Both the position numbers and the translations under genes were made by a program. From contig NC_045697.1 in assembly GCF_009834535.1 (NCBI RefSeq), positions 14,014,001-14,078,000 of the forward strand: a DNA stretch of 64,000 nt, given 5' to 3'. The stretch comes from Camelus ferus (taxonomy: Eukaryota). How positions within the stretch are numbered: the stretch's first letter is position 1; each line of letters begins with the position of its first letter. The notes under the pieces are model-generated. The model made no database searches. It was not told where the DNA came from and was given only the letters and a program-made list of their open reading frames with translations. Of the stretch, positions 62,970 to 64,000 are shown one piece after another.

Positions 62970-63700
62970 TCATTCATTCATTCATCACAAGTTTATTGAA
63001 CCATGGCTAAGAGATCATGTCATCACCAGCTATTGGGCAGAACAGGAGACAACCCAAAAAAAAGAAACTAAAAATGTTATTTTGAAACTAGACCATGAAC
63101 GGCTTTAGAACTAGGACTACCAAGTATTTATTGAACACTTAATATTGTACTTTGCAATTTGGGTGCTGAAAGTAGTACATTCTAGAAGTCATCCTGGAAT
63201 ATTTGAGGACAACGGAATCCTTGAAAGTACATGACTTAATAACCCCTGCAGAGCATCATTATATAATGGTTTCCCTGGAGAAGAGGAATAAAAGGTGAGA
63301 TCGAGGTGGAGCACTCAGTGTGGCGAGAAGAGAACCAGGAGACAAAGACTTTTAAGGAAGACAAACACGTCAGAAGTGGCGGATGCTGGGCTGGAGCATC
63401 TATCGGTTTGGTGGTGACAACACCATCTGACTATCGAGACAAAAGGAATATTAATTTAGCACATACAGGAAGAACTCTGTGAGACACAGGATGTCCTCAG
63501 AGATGAGGAGAAGCTGGGCGAGGGCCACCGCGGGCCCAGGTACACTGATCAGCGTGGAAGGGGAAGGAAAGCAGCATTCGCTAGAGGGCTTCCGTTTTCC
63601 CAGCAAATTAGAAGACAGGCTTATTGTCGAAGATTCAGGAGGCTGAGCATAGGGTGGGGAACTTGAAGAGAATGATCAAGTGACCCCCTGCCACTGATTG
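62970..63700 (-). mobile_element. Very degenerate L2 fragments
   Basis: tcattcattcattcatcacaagtttattgaacc tail; purine-rich L2-like antisense stretches. Confidence 0.45.
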
Positions 63701-63899
63701 CATTGTGGCAAGTGGAAAAGGGGGAGACAGGCTGAAGGAAGGGGGATGGTGGAGAAATCAATGAAAGAGAAAACCGTAGATGTATATAATGTTATCATCT
63801 TGTTTTATTTTTATTCTCTCGTTTTCCCAAAAAGTTACCTTCAGAAAAAAATTCGACCGAGTTAATATTTAAATGTAAGTGTCATATAGGTTTTACTGC

Positions 63900-64000
63900 A
63901 GGTGTGGTGGCTTTCATTGTTGGTGGGGTTCCTCGCCTCTAGGCTCTGAGTCAGACACATGTATGTTAGAATCCTGGCCTCAGCTGTAACTCAGGAGCCT
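63900..64000 (+). mobile_element. MIR head, cut by window end
   Basis: aggctctgagtcagacac...aatcctggcctcag. Confidence 0.55.

Noticed and set aside
1..64000. Novel multi-gene or prokaryotic-type system
   Set aside because: No long ORFs, operon structure or foreign-composition island; the window is accounted for by mammalian repeats and non-coding sequence

Overview
Mammalian nuclear DNA, AT-rich and CpG-depleted, most likely from a camelid (alpaca, llama or camel). The taxon call rests on three vic-1-like tRNA-derived SINEs and cetartiodactyl-type L1 3' ends, with no Alu, B1/B2, Bov-tA/BovB or PRE-1 seen. The window reads as a long intron or intergenic tract. I recognise no protein-coding gene, and the ORFs with recognisable protein sequence are L1 ORF2 remnants. 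It contains many decayed repeats (L1, L2, MIR, MaLR/ERVL LTRs, hAT-Charlie elements). Family names come from recalled consensus motifs, and boundaries of old elements are approximate (tens of bp). The best-supported notable item is a full-length U6 snRNA pseudogene fused directly to an L1 3' end (33699-34039). Other leads: a 1.4 kb composite block inside a split Charlie1b that is itself inside an MLT1; a recursive-splice-site-like AG|GTAAG at 23030; a convergent pair of CTCF motifs; an 80-nt purine-pyrimidine tract at an L1 site that expanded differently in a sister copy; a CpG-retaining hairpin at 60212; and speculative + strand exon candidates. I see no convincing evidence of a new biological system; the leads are hypotheses to test.
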